Assembly (NCBI GenBank): GCA_964016885.1
Contig: OZ024742.1
Coordinates: 317,192,001-317,256,000 of the forward strand
Source: Eledone cirrhosa
Lineage: Eukaryota
Length of the DNA: 64,000 nucleotides
Direction of reading: 5' to 3'
Made by a program: the position numbers and the translations under genes. Positions 39,388-51,891 of the stretch are shown here, piece after piece. Position 1 is the stretch's first letter. Each line of letters opens with the position of its first letter. The notes under the pieces are model-generated. The model saw nothing but the letters and a program-made list of their open reading frames with translations, had not been told where the DNA came from and did not search any database.

Positions 39388-41477
39388 CAATGATTTCTAA
39401 TATACACACAAAGGTACCAATTTCGAGTACATCCTTTCCAGTACGTGACTGGTACTTTATTTTATGTTTGAACTGAAAATATAGGACGCTGTAACTAAAA
39501 TACCAACGAGATTGGTTCTAACAGCAATAGCCATAACAACAATAGCAAAAAAAACTGGAGCCTTTATTCGTACCTATAAATACGTTCTATTATAAACTGG
39601 GAGAAGGAATTTGAATGGTTTACCCAAAGGTAATGTTCTACATGCCAGAGCTGATTACCCTTGTTTTGGCAAACAGGTCAGCCTTTGACTTTTAGCTGAC
39701 ACCAAACTCAATTAAACGAACCAGTATATGATAGCATTATCAAGGAAAATTTGCGAGGAAAGATGTTGGTTTACAAATTTTGGTCTATATATCTTTTAAA
39801 TACAGTATTCCTTCTTTGTACAATGATATTACTCAATATTTTGTCACTTGGTAGATGCTTCAGTGCTGTACAATCTTGGACAAAACCAGAATACATAATT
39901 AATCAACTGTTAATACAAGATAAGATTATATAGTGTTAAGACAAGATTAATTTAGATCCCATATGAGTTGACTGTGGTTATATATTAGCTATACGTGATA
40001 GATATATTCAAGCAAGACGTTAAGCACTAAATCATATCTTTGCACAGAATACATTTGTTACAGACACACTGGACATCGAGTTTTGTGTTGGCGTAGATGA
40101 CGTCGCAAAAGCGATTCCTGTTAATAGAGAATACTGTGATAAACCATGTTCGAATTGGAACACAGTTAAACTATGTTAACTTTACACAGAATATCGTGGT
40201 TGTGTAGTTACTAGACTTAGAATGTTAGACTGTGCTCTGCTCGTAGAGTCAAACATTAACTACAACAGATTTGATTAGCGTGCAGGTTGTCTGGCGGAAA
40301 GTGAAAGTCATTTGTCCTTTTAATGTTGTCTCTTTGAATTTCTCAGATGTGTGGCCTCATTCACCCCAAAGTTCAAGTAGACAAGATTGTAAGGGCTGGT
40401 AAATCTCACTTAGAAAATTGCTAAATGGAATCTTACTCAAAAATCAGGTCGTAGATATTATAAAGTTTACATTTTGATGATAAATTTCTACCACACAGGA
40501 CCTACTAGAAACAAGATATAAATATCACTTAAACACCCCTTCCCATATTTAAACGAAGATCATGTTGGATGATGTAGCTCCGGGTTCATTTTCCTTGATA
40601 ACTGTGGTTTGAATAAATATAGTCACAGATCTGATCGATCAGATTTGACTTAGGAGTTAAATACGATGAGATTTGACTTTGGGGTTAAATACGAAGAGCC
40701 CATTGACCTCCAAATATAGAGCTTAATTAAAATATATCAATTAAGAAGATGTAAACAAAGAGACATTGTTTCTTGCAGAATGTAAATCTAGTGATGATAT
40801 TTGTCTGAAGTAGATATCGACGTCTACTTTAAGTAAGCAGGTAAATTTGACATCCACATATAAGTATTTATATCATTAATTATTTCCACACACTGTTCAA
40901 AATGTATGTTCTGATGTACATTACGTTCTTAGATAACATTATGCAAAATTTAAGTTAGGTAAGTCATAAAATATATTGCAACTTTCCTGAGAAAAGCTTT
41001 TATTCTAACCTAGGAGAAATGTATCTCTCAGCTGAAACTAGCCGCTCTGTCTGGTCACAAACTAGAGACACTTATTTTACACCTTTTAATAGCACGTAAG
41101 TAGCTGCTCTGTCAGAAATTTAAGTGGCTTGCACATACACGTTCAAAGAAAAATTAATTTAAAAAGTTGCAAAACATTTAAGATCCTGTTCCAAATGAAA
41201 CTGCTTCACCTAAGACACTAACCCTTACTGCTATCATTCTCTTCCCGAGTCTTTCCAAGCTACAGAGAACTTGATGTTCTGCTAGCTGAAGCACATCGAC
41301 ACACATAAGCACTTTTATAGAGGTCTTGAACATACGACGGGTGTTGGGAAACTAGGTGACTGCGTAGGAAACGGGCCTACTGTATTTCCTAATCAAAACC
41401 TCCTTTTGTTTAACGTCACGTAAACCAAAGTTAGCTACAGATACTACATATGTTTCAGAGCATCACTACCTCCCATT

Positions 41478-42083
41478 AATTAGAGCCCGTCAGCTTTTGC
41501 TCTGTATACAAATGAGCTTTGTCAGCCAATGGTCATAAGCATAAAATCTATAAGCTTTTAATTTATTTCCATCTTAGCATCCAAGAAGGAATTAGCCCCT
41601 CTAATGACGGTTAAATAACCAGAAACTGCACCGTCAGGGTGCTCTCAGTTGGTTGCTAAAGAATAGTGAGGAGTTAATCAACGCTTCTAACATTCATAAG
41701 AGGATATAAAAATGTTTATTTACATGAACATTTCATATATGAGTCAATATAAAACTCAACTCTCGTATCAATCACGCTATGTTGGAGAATTCTACATTTC
41801 ATCAATTAGAGCCCGTCAGCTTAGGCTCTGTATGTATATGAGCTTTGTCAGCCGATGTTCATATACATAAAAGCCTATAAGCTTTTAACTTATTTCCGTT
41901 TTAGCATTCCAGAAGGAGTAAGCCACTCGGACAACGGTTAAAGAACCAGAAACGACGCCCTCAAGGGGTTCTCCCATGGCTGCTAAATACTAGTAGTAAA
42001 TTAATCACCGCTTCTACAATTCATAGCAAGGCTATTAAAATGTTTATTTACATGACTATTTCGTATATGATTCAATATACAAC
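41478..42083. repeat. Diverged tandem duplication (41478-41755, 41804-42083), period ~326 bp
   Basis: Colinear from aattagagcccgtcagctt; roughly three-quarters identical by eye. Confidence 0.85.
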
Positions 42084-42926
42084 CACAGTTACGTATATAT
42101 GTATAGCAATGGGTTTTAAAAATGAATTACCAAGTTGTTTACGTGTTACATTTCTAGTGGAAATTGACATTTTATACTGAAACGTTCTGGCTCTGCTTCA
42201 TTGTTTGTGAGTTTCGTGTTATGTGTTTAGTTTTCTTATCTTTTGTGTTACAACTTCGGTTTTATATATTTTATTTTGAGCACGATTCTGCTTTTTATGT
42301 ACTGCATTAAAAAAATACCGACTTATTCGCTACAATTTACGGTATTGGATACGATAAATAATGACATTTACTGCTCATGAAGAACACTTTGTGAAAAGTC
42401 TACAGACTGCAATAACAACAATAACATTAATAAATAAAATAGAAACGAAATCCAAATAAAAAAAGAACTATAAATCCAAATCCAAACAAAGAAATAGTCA
42501 CTCTGTATTCTGACAACCCAATCTAAAAATATTCTACATTTCCTTAACCTCATCGGTTTAGTTGATACGACGGAACTGAGTAAATAAAAAAGGAATCGAC
42601 ATTTTATTTTTACAGATAAATCAAAACAGCTTTAGACATGTTGAACGGTTTTTTATTTACATTTTTATTCCTAATATGTATTTATTTAATTCTTTTTATG
42701 TTTTCTTACTAGTGATCTATTCAATAGGAAAGAAATATTTGAAATAACAATAAACAAATAAATGCGTCCTTTGAAGGAATAAGTACCAAATCTAATTTCA
42801 GGACGTTTTGTGGTGTGTGCCAAAATAGAATATTTAATGTATGAGTTCAACCGCTAAGTGTTTTCTTTACCACATACAATGACAAAACTCTAACAAGTTA
42901 TATTATAGAGTAAAATAAATGAAGTA

Positions 42927-43091
42927 CCAGGGTCGGCTGAAAAGTTCATAGGCTGAATAAGATACTCTCATGAAAAACCAATGGAAAGAAACAATGTAGT
43001 TATTAACAAGAAGAGTTGAAATTAATGCAAACAAGATTCACATCGTTAGCATCACTCCTTCATACTATATGAACTTTTCAGCCTACCCTCG
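42927..43091. mobile_element. Mariner-type MITE
   Basis: TIRs (C)CAGGGTCGGCTGAAAAGTTCATA and TATGAACTTTTCAGCCTACCCTCG; TA at the left. Confidence 0.75.
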
Positions 43092-43298
43092 TGCTACGAT
43101 GAAGCAGTACTATCTACAAATGGGAATAAACATTACGAGCAACTATAACACTGCGGCAATTACATTAATGGGTTTACATGTCTGATGAATGCTAGGATAC
43201 ATAAATGTTAATTTCCAGAACAATCTATTCCTTTGTTCGAACGACTGTAACACACAACGAATAAACCGTGAGAGGTCTAAGTCATATATATATATATA

Positions 43299-44224
43299 CA
43301 ATGGCGGACGGGTCTAAAAATATTGGTTGCCAGGAGATGAAGAGGGCCCACCTACATATAGAATGCTATCATTTAATTTTTGAATAAATAACATTTTCGA
43401 AAAATACATAAGTGGAAACAAAACAGTGCAATCACATTTTTGCGGGAAAATGTCTTACCTTCTCCAATAAAAAATATTATGTATTTTGCAAAATCCAGAG
43501 ACTTTCAATAATGATCAGAAGTCGACCCTAAATATTACTAATAGCTCTAGGAAAGCCATAAATGACACCACCTCTTTTTAACTTGGATTTTGAAAGTAGG
43601 TTTATAATTATCAATTTTCATTATACTTTTGTAATTGTCTCCGTGGCCTAGCTGGAAGAATCATAAACGGTGGTGATCTAGGTCTGAAGTTCGATCCTGT
43701 TCGGAAGTAGGGTTCCCGCTAAACCTTTTCACTGTATTCTATTGGTTGTAAAATAAAAACTGAAAAAGATTTCATATACATCTTGACCAGGATCAAACCC
43801 AAGGCCAGGACTTCCACCGTCTCTAGTATTTATAGCTAGGCCACAGAGACAACTACTAAAATCTAATGAAAATTCATACTTATAAACCTACTTTCAAAAT
43901 TTTCAAAACAAAGTGTTGTGGTGTCGTTTATGTCTTTCTTAATGTTATTGCTCCTACTTAAGGTCGACTTCTAAATCATTTGGGTGTTCCATAAACTACA
44001 TCCTCGTTTTGTTTCTCATCTATCTAGACTATATTTTAATCTGTAATCCATGTTTCATTTCTGTTGCACCTCATTTCTCCCTCTCCCCACTCTCTCCCCA
44101 CTCTCTCTCTCTCTCTCGCTTTCTCTCTGTGATATTTGAATCTACTATGATTTGGGCTTACCTTATTCCTGCCGTGGGCCCCCTTGCCATTGGGCAACCT
44201 GGCAACCTGGCCAGTCCGCCAAGG
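43299..44224. mobile_element. Old MITE-like element with nested inverted repeats
   Basis: Termini share TGGCGGAC.GG.C, GGTTGCCAGG and GGGCCCAC in inverted order; internal arms ~43511-43699 and ~43788-43980; TA flanks. Confidence 0.6.
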
Positions 44225-44232
44225 TATATTTC

Positions 44233-44288
<56 letters not shown>

Positions 44289-44390
44289 TGTGTGTGTGTG
44301 TGTCTGTATAAGGGTAAAGACCCTCCGAGGCCCATACATACCAGCCTCGCCTGTCCACGCCACTGCTGTTGTCCAATGGCCAATACAGCT

Positions 44391-44504
44391 TGGCAACTCA
44401 TTTCTACTGCCGAATAAGCTAGAGCATGAAGTAAAGTGTCTTGCTCACCCGGTCCGAGAATTTAACTCACAACCTCCCGATTGCAAGCCCACTAGGCCAC
44501 TGCC

Positions 44505-44507
<3 letters not shown>
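44391..44507 (-). mobile_element. SINE family S2
   Basis: RC contains gagcaagacacttta, as at 48437-48535. Confidence 0.65.
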
Positions 44508-44601
<94 letters not shown>

Positions 44602-44694
44602 TTTATATATCATTTATATATATAAATATATATATATGTCTCTGTGTGTGTGTGTGTGTTTGTGTGTGTTTGTGTGTGTTTGTGTGTGTTTGTG

Positions 44695-44744
44695 TCATCT
44701 ACAGGTTTATAACTGTTTCATTCGAATGAAATCATTAGGAATGA
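44695..44744 (-). ncRNA. Degenerate hammerhead ribozyme
   Basis: RC: TCATTC-CTAATGA-T-TTC-attc-GAA-T-GAAA-CAG-ttataaac-CTG-TA-GATGA. Confidence 0.5.
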
Positions 44745-44917
44745 AATGATGATTTCCTACGATTGATGAAACAGTTTGAGATCTTCAGAAGTCATTCCTA
44801 TAAGTTCTCAATAATCTTCGAGCGTATTGCGTACCCTTTTTAAATGGGGTTACTCCCCAACATAACTTGGGAGACTCCACATACAAACGCACACACAAAG
44901 CTATATATATATATATA

Positions 44918-45111
44918 TAACAAAGGAATTGTGGTAAGGAACCAGATGGACCATAACGCACCAGATTAGTCAATACTTAGGGTAGTAGAGTAGGAAATAG
45001 GAAAAAGTATGACCCCGACGGCAGAGCTCAAGCCGTTTCGACGGCTATTTCTGGACGCAGAAATATCCATCGAAACGGCTTGAGCTCTGCCGTCGGGGTC
45101 ATACGTTTTCC

Positions 45112-45114
<3 letters not shown>
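44918..45114. mobile_element. Family A element as a fold-back (arms 44997-45053, 45058-45114; 4-nt loop)
   Basis: Carries the 3' half of an HHR (GTC-GAAA-CGGC..GCCG-TC); (TA)n on both sides. Confidence 0.85.
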
Positions 45115-45144
<30 letters not shown>

Positions 45145-45201
45145 GTATATATCACGTGGAGTAGTCAATGATTTGATGTGTCATGTACATGGTTAAATTC
45201 A

Positions 45202-45325
45202 AGCTATCGAAACGGCCGGAGCTCAGTCGTCGTGTTCCTGACTTTTTTCCTATTACTCACTCTACTACCCTAAGTATCGAGTACTCTGGTGCGTTGTGGT
45301 CCAACTGGTATCTTACCACACCTTT
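45202..45325 (+). mobile_element. Family A element, single arm
   Basis: cgaaacggccggagctcag...ctctactaccctaagtatcgagtac. Confidence 0.8.
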
Positions 45326-45327
45326 TT

Positions 45328-45368
<41 letters not shown>

Positions 45369-45585
45369 TTCAAAATATTAACAAATATAGACATTCATGT
45401 AATCAAGTATATTTTATTATACATATTTCAGAGGTACTGAGCTATTTCAACAGTACGTCCACATCAGATAAAATAAGTTGACGCTTGACATACCTTGACT
45501 ATGTTGATGGTTAAAATTCAGTCATGGCTCTCCATCATGTTCCTTGCTTAACAGTATTAAGTGCTCAACAGAATTAGCAGCTTTA

Positions 45586-45910
45586 AGTTGTTATATAGTA
45601 AGGTGTATTATTGGTTGGGTCAAACGGTCCAATAAATTTTTGTTAGCACTATTAAGTTCTCCACGATTTTGTATATCTCCAATTCCATCGATCTATCTCT
45701 TAATGAAACATGAGTCGTGATTAAAATGATTGGAAATTCATACCATGCCTTCGGTTCTTTATTTTGATACAAATACTCCGTTTTACATCATCTAGCTGTT
45801 CCCATGAATGGAATTGGAGATGTACAAAAGCGTGGAGAACTTAAAATTGCTAACAAACATTTATTGGACCGTTTGACACAACCAATAATACACCTTACTA
45901 TATAACAACT
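45586..45910. repeat. Inverted repeat, 103-bp arms (45586-45688, 45808-45910)
   Basis: About 90% reverse-complement identity by eye; (TA)n to the right. Confidence 0.9.
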
Positions 45911-45959
45911 ATATGCATATATATATATATTTTTTTGTTTTTGTCAGCACGAAAGTAAC

Positions 45960-46197
45960 ACAGAAGAGACTGAGGTTAGCTGGACATTCTCACCGGCATC
46001 CAGAGTTGACACTGCAGTTAGTGCACATGTGGGAGCCCCTACACGCACGAACACACTAGAAGAGGGAGACCGAAGTTGACATATGTTGATGCCCTAAGGA
46101 CAGACACACGTCTCTTGGAGATGCAGGACATGGCAGCGAGGATGAGGGGCCGCTGGAGAGAACTCGTCGATGGATCTCGGGATTTTACCCGCCCTAG
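45960..46197 (+). mobile_element. RTE-like LINE 3' fragment
   Basis: RRLRLAGHSHRHPEL...GRPKLTYVDALRTDT. Confidence 0.65.
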
Positions 46198-46232
<35 letters not shown>

Positions 46233-46273
46233 CGTGTGTGTGTGTGTTTATGTGTGTGTGTGTGGTTGTGTGT

Positions 46274-46341
<68 letters not shown>

Positions 46342-46448
46342 CTGGTTTACCAAGTTGTGTGGAAAATTTCATAGTCAAATGATATGTGTCTAAAATTTTC
46401 ACTAAAATGTTCATTAAAATATATCCGCTCAACCTTTCTAAAAAATAT

Positions 46449-46499
<51 letters not shown>

Positions 46500-46744
46500 G
46501 TATATATATATATATGTATGTATGTATGTATGCATTTATGCATGTATGTATGTATATATTGATGTTGATCTTTTCTTCTTTTCGGGTTATAGCTACTGTC
46601 GCTCAGAGAGTGGGATTGGCTCAGTGCACAGTCTTTCGTCACTTTAAAAAATATCTTCACGCACATGCATTGCACGATAGATTTAATTAATTATTATTAA
46701 TAATGGTATATCGTGCAATGGCCATACTCGATAACGAGGGGGCA

Positions 46745-46785
<41 letters not shown>

Positions 46786-46842
46786 TGTACATACATACAT
46801 GCATGCATACATACATACAAACATACATACATACATACATAC

Positions 46843-47815
46843 AGATAAGGAAAGTAGTCTATCTTGGACCAACAACCGCTATATTGGCTCCCACTTTGAA
46901 GGATCCGCTTTTGCAATCCAAGAACGAGAAATTAACACGAAATACCTGATTCACAAAAGAGTTAGGGATGCAGACAAAACACCTAGATGTGATAACAAGT
47001 GCAGACTCTGCAGAACTAACATCTAGGATATCACCCATGTCATCAGCAACTGTCCAAAGATGTCATCGCCGTACTATCTACCTATGAGGCATGATATAGT
47101 GGCCAAAACACTGTACAATGCAATCCGTAGAAAAGATAGCCCCGATAATAAACACATTAAAAGTTACAACAATGTGAAAGACATCCATATACATAATATG
47201 AAAAGTACTGGTGGAATGTTCCAGTAAAAAACCCAATAAAATGCAGGCATAACAGACCAGATATTATGATATGGGACAGGGAGAAGAAAACATGCACAGT
47301 AGTGGAAGTTAGCTGCCCAGCAGATGCCAATATAATATCAAAGATTAACGAAAAGGAGAATATTTATACAGAACTGATGAGAAATCTGCAGATACTCCAC
47401 CCTGATTACACCTTCAGATTTATGCCTGTGATTATTGGGGCACTGGGATATGTTAGTAACTGCCTCAATACAAATCTTGAGAAGCTAGGCTTCACAGGAA
47501 CAGAACGAGCCCAACTAGTTAGGAAATTACAAATACAATCCATTAATGGAACAGTAAAAATATGTAAAACATTCCAAAAATGTTGCATCTAATAACTGCA
47601 TATACACATGTACAGATATAAAGCATATACACATGCACACATACAACTCAAACCATACACATCCACACATCCAATAACATCCATATCTACACATGCATGC
47701 ATACATAGATAATCTACCTAGTTTATGTGTAAATTCCAATGAGAGAGTCTTGTGTCTATGTTAGAAACTGACTCTCTCTATTGGTAAAAATTTATAAAAT
47801 TATAAAACCAGAAGA
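46843..47815 (+). mobile_element. R4/Dong-like LINE 3' part (CCHC finger plus restriction-like endonuclease)
   Basis: FAIQE, CRLC..DITHVISNC, RHD, NRPDIMIWD..VVEVSCP, PVIIGALG; (CATA)n at both edges. Confidence 0.85.
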
Positions 47816-48162
47816 ACATACATATAATATTCACTCACATATATACACCATTCGATGCTAATGAGCATAATTATACTATATATCCATATCATTATTGTCA
47901 TTTTATTTTCAGTGGGAAGATGTTAAGCCAGCAACAATCAATTATCGTAGAAATCATTTACCAATTGTGTATTAAAGACCGTTACTATAATTGTGTAGCG
48001 ACTTCCTTTGACTACAATTATATATATTTTAGTTATTCTTTGTTTTCACAGAGCAACATAGAATACTAATTCAGAATTCAGAGAATGTCAGTAACGCTTG
48101 TTATCTCATATTACATTTTGATTTGTATGTTGCGATCGTAAAAATTATACATGCTTTTGAAT

Positions 48163-48230
<68 letters not shown>

Positions 48231-48285
48231 ATAAATGAAACAAACAAAACACAGGATGCAATTTTACACAGTTATATTATGTGTG

Positions 48286-48350
<65 letters not shown>

Positions 48351-48436
48351 ATATATATATTTATTTATAAATATATATATATATATTTACATGTATATAT
48401 ATATATAATTTTAACAATATATATCTATCTATCTAT

Positions 48437-48660
48437 GGCTTAGTTCAATTCTCAGACCGGGTGATGTGTTGTTTCCTTGAGCAAGACACTTTATTTCACA
48501 TTGCTCCAGTTTACTCAGCTGTAGAAATGAGATGATAGAGACTGGGGTCCCTATCATTCTACTGCAAAGTGGTCGTGGAGGTGCCACGGCAAAAAATCAC
48601 CCAGCACTCACTGTAAATGAGGTTGGTGTTAGGAAGGGCATCCAGCTGTAGAAATCAAGC
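48437..48660 (+). mobile_element. SINE family S2 or composite SINE
   Basis: gttcaattc, ccttgagcaagacactttatttcac, ggttggtgttaggaagggcatccagctgtagaaa. Confidence 0.7.
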
Positions 48661-48974
48661 CAGAATCAGTTCCCGTCCCACCCTTGCAAGCTATTTGATT
48701 GTTTTTACAACAATTTTTGTAGCAAGTAAATTTATTTTACGAACTGATATACATGTGTATAACTGTGTGATTATATCTATGACATGTGCATATATAAATT
48801 TGTTGTTGCATTGACGTTTATATATGTATATATACACCATTTAGCAACAAGATTCAACATCAAAGATGGATGATTTGCATAACGTCGAGTGCTTCTACTA
48901 ATATTACATCCTGGTTGGCTATACGGAATGACCAGTTCTATCCAATGGTTAACTACCAAACTTAAATGAATATA

Positions 48975-49026
<52 letters not shown>

Positions 49027-49029
<3 letters not shown>

Positions 49030-49155
49030 CGAAGGGAGTGTAGTAAGGAACCAGGTGGACCATAACGCACCACAATACTCGATACTGGGTAGTAGAGTGG
49101 GTAATAGGAAAAGAGTCAGGACCCCACAGCTAAGCTCCGGCCGTTTCGACAGCTA
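49027..49155 (-). mobile_element. Family A element, single arm
   Basis: Homologous to 44918-45050; ends in (TA)n. Confidence 0.8.
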
Positions 49156-49964
49156 GGTCTGAACTAGGTCAAACTTTGCTCTGTGTGTGTGTGTGTGCAT
49201 GTGTGTGTTTGTATATATATATATGTGTGTGCGTGCGTGTGTGTGTGAGTCGCTACACAAGCATGACAATTTCTACTGCTAGCTGAGTCAAAGAAATTGT
49301 ATGCTCAGGGCAACAAAGGTAGAGATTCACCGATATATTGAATTATAATTTAACTGATGCTTGTCATCAATGTGCATTAGTGTAAATCATTACTGAATAG
49401 TTGACATAAAAAGAAATATTCATTTATAACTGGGCCAAACCTTCCATATACCCCGTACCAAATGTGTATGTAGAACGCAGCGAGCGTAAAACGAAAACTA
49501 GAGCATTTTTACTAACACGAGACGAAAAATAATGGTTTGTGAATGAATATACGTATTTGCCTACATACACACATTATGGTCCACAAATGTCAATTCTTAT
49601 TTTTTACTTTATCTTTAACAGAGAGAAATTCCCTCAAAAATCTATCCCTATATGAAATCATGGTAGAGAAATATATATGTATATATAAGCGAGTTTAGAT
49701 AGAATACTTTTTCCATAATTAGAGTTTTTTTCTCACTTAATTTTAATATATAGTATTGCTTCTCTGAGAAATTCCTTTCATTGAGATGTTTAAGTATTAG
49801 AGACTAGTTGACCTTTTAATTAATATTAAACTGCTCCTTAATTTGTCACATTTCGGTCTTTACCACATCAATCTGCAGTACATTTGTAGAGGCTTTATTG
49901 AAACTTAGTATGTAACTTGTACGTGTTATATTGCATATTGCAATAAAGGGAAGTAAATTTGTTG

Positions 49965-50112
49965 TATCGGCGAAGCGTCGGGCAGCATGCTTTGCGGCAT
50001 GGAGTTACGTCCCTTTCCGTTCTGATTTCAAAACCTGCCGAGGTTAGCTTGCCTTTCATACCTACGTTGATTTAATCGAATTTCCTGTTTTCTCCAAATT
50101 GTTGGCCTTGTT
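49965..50112 (+). mobile_element. SINE S1, diverged
   Basis: atgctttgcggcat..gccgaggtta..gcctttcat. Confidence 0.65.
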
Positions 50113-50440
50113 CTTAAATCCGCGGATGACGATAGCGAATTTGATCACAGCATGAAGTTTATATACTGCGTAAAACAATTTTCTTTCGCTTTCATTTCAA
50201 GAAGTGGTTCATAAAATCCTGAGAACTATATTTTCTCTAGGTGAGTACCTACATTTGGCTACTTCAATCAATGCAACATACTTCATAATAGCGCAAAGCT
50301 ATTGATATATAAGAAATAAGATATCTTCTTGAAAATCTCAGTTGTCCATTTTAAATAGGCTAGTTCTAAAACATACTAAATTGCTTTCAAAGCAATATAG
50401 AAACTAAAACATTTGATGGTTTATATGTTCATTTATATAA

Positions 50441-50495
<55 letters not shown>

Positions 50496-50593
50496 TGTAT
50501 GTGTGTGTGTGTACGTGTGTGTGTATGTGTGTGTGTATGTTTGTGACCATGTCTCTCTCTCTCTATGTGTATATATATATATATATATAAATT

Positions 50594-50650
<57 letters not shown>

Positions 50651-51891
50651 AACACATTTCTTTTTGCATCTTCAAGTGTGCTATTTATCTATTTGAAAAT
50701 ATTACCTCTTTACAAAGTAGAATATGTGAGATTAATGTTTGGTAAGAAAATTCATATAAATACCACTAAATACTCACAATTAAAGACAATTTTCAGGTTG
50801 TATTTTATTTTATATTTTTCCTAACAACGTATATACTACAACAAAATATATATTACAGCATAGAACAGTTTCATTAAATCTATTAATTGTTTTTGTTTTT
50901 TGTTTTTTCAATTTAAGTGGCTTCTTATTTTTCTTACAATTTTAGTGTTCTTGAAAATTTACACAGTAAATATAGATACAGCATCTACCAATGGTAGAGA
51001 TCTTCGCAGCACAATTACAATATTGTGGGTTTGATCTAGCAATATGCTATCTTTGTATATTTCAGTATTGAGCTAAGACTTCTAAGTGAAATTGTGTTGA
51101 GGGGAATTGTGTGAAAGCCAGTTCATTGTCACACACTGTCGCGCTTATTCAGTTCTGGCAGGCGGATACAAGCGTCTGCGGAATACTCAGCAACATACGC
51201 TATAAAACGATAAACAGATAGTTCTGTTGATTTTAAACTGAATGCTCATCGTCTAAACCGACGGAAATTAATTTAATTTTACATAGAGAATAACATCTTA
51301 TATTATAATCGAAGGTTAGCAACGTAAATAAATAGCAGTAACATAATTTTTTCTGTCTTTTATACGATATTTACATAACAATCGTATTGTAGGTAAATAT
51401 GTGTGTGTGCGAATGTGTACACAAGTATTTCAATGTATGATTTCCATAATGCGTATTATGATACTTCTCGGAGTTACTAATGCAGATCATATGTACATTA
51501 GTTAGATAGTATAGTTCACTTTACACCTCAGCGAGAGTAGAGCTTGGCAAGATATTCTGTAGAATATAAAACAGTTAGAGAATAAAAGATAGATAAGTAG
51601 GTAGATAGATAGATAGATAGATAGATATGTTTCTTTTATTTGCCACTAGGGCATCAAAAGTGGGACAAGTACAAAGGGGGGAGTTTACACAAAAAGGCGT
51701 CCTCAATAAGGAGGAGGCAATAACAAAATATAAAAATAAAATAAGATATAACAAAAAATAAAATTTTTAACAAAATCCTCAATAGAGAGGAAGCGCCTTG
51801 GGGGGTCGCACACACCCCCGAAAAAAGTGTGCAACCCTTCTCCTCAGGAGCACAGAGAAGGGGTGCTCCCTTGGTCTTTCATCTTCCTCAC

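Noticed and set aside
43182-43250. CTGATGA as a hammerhead
   Set aside because: Stems I and II cannot be closed convincingly; at most a decayed relic.
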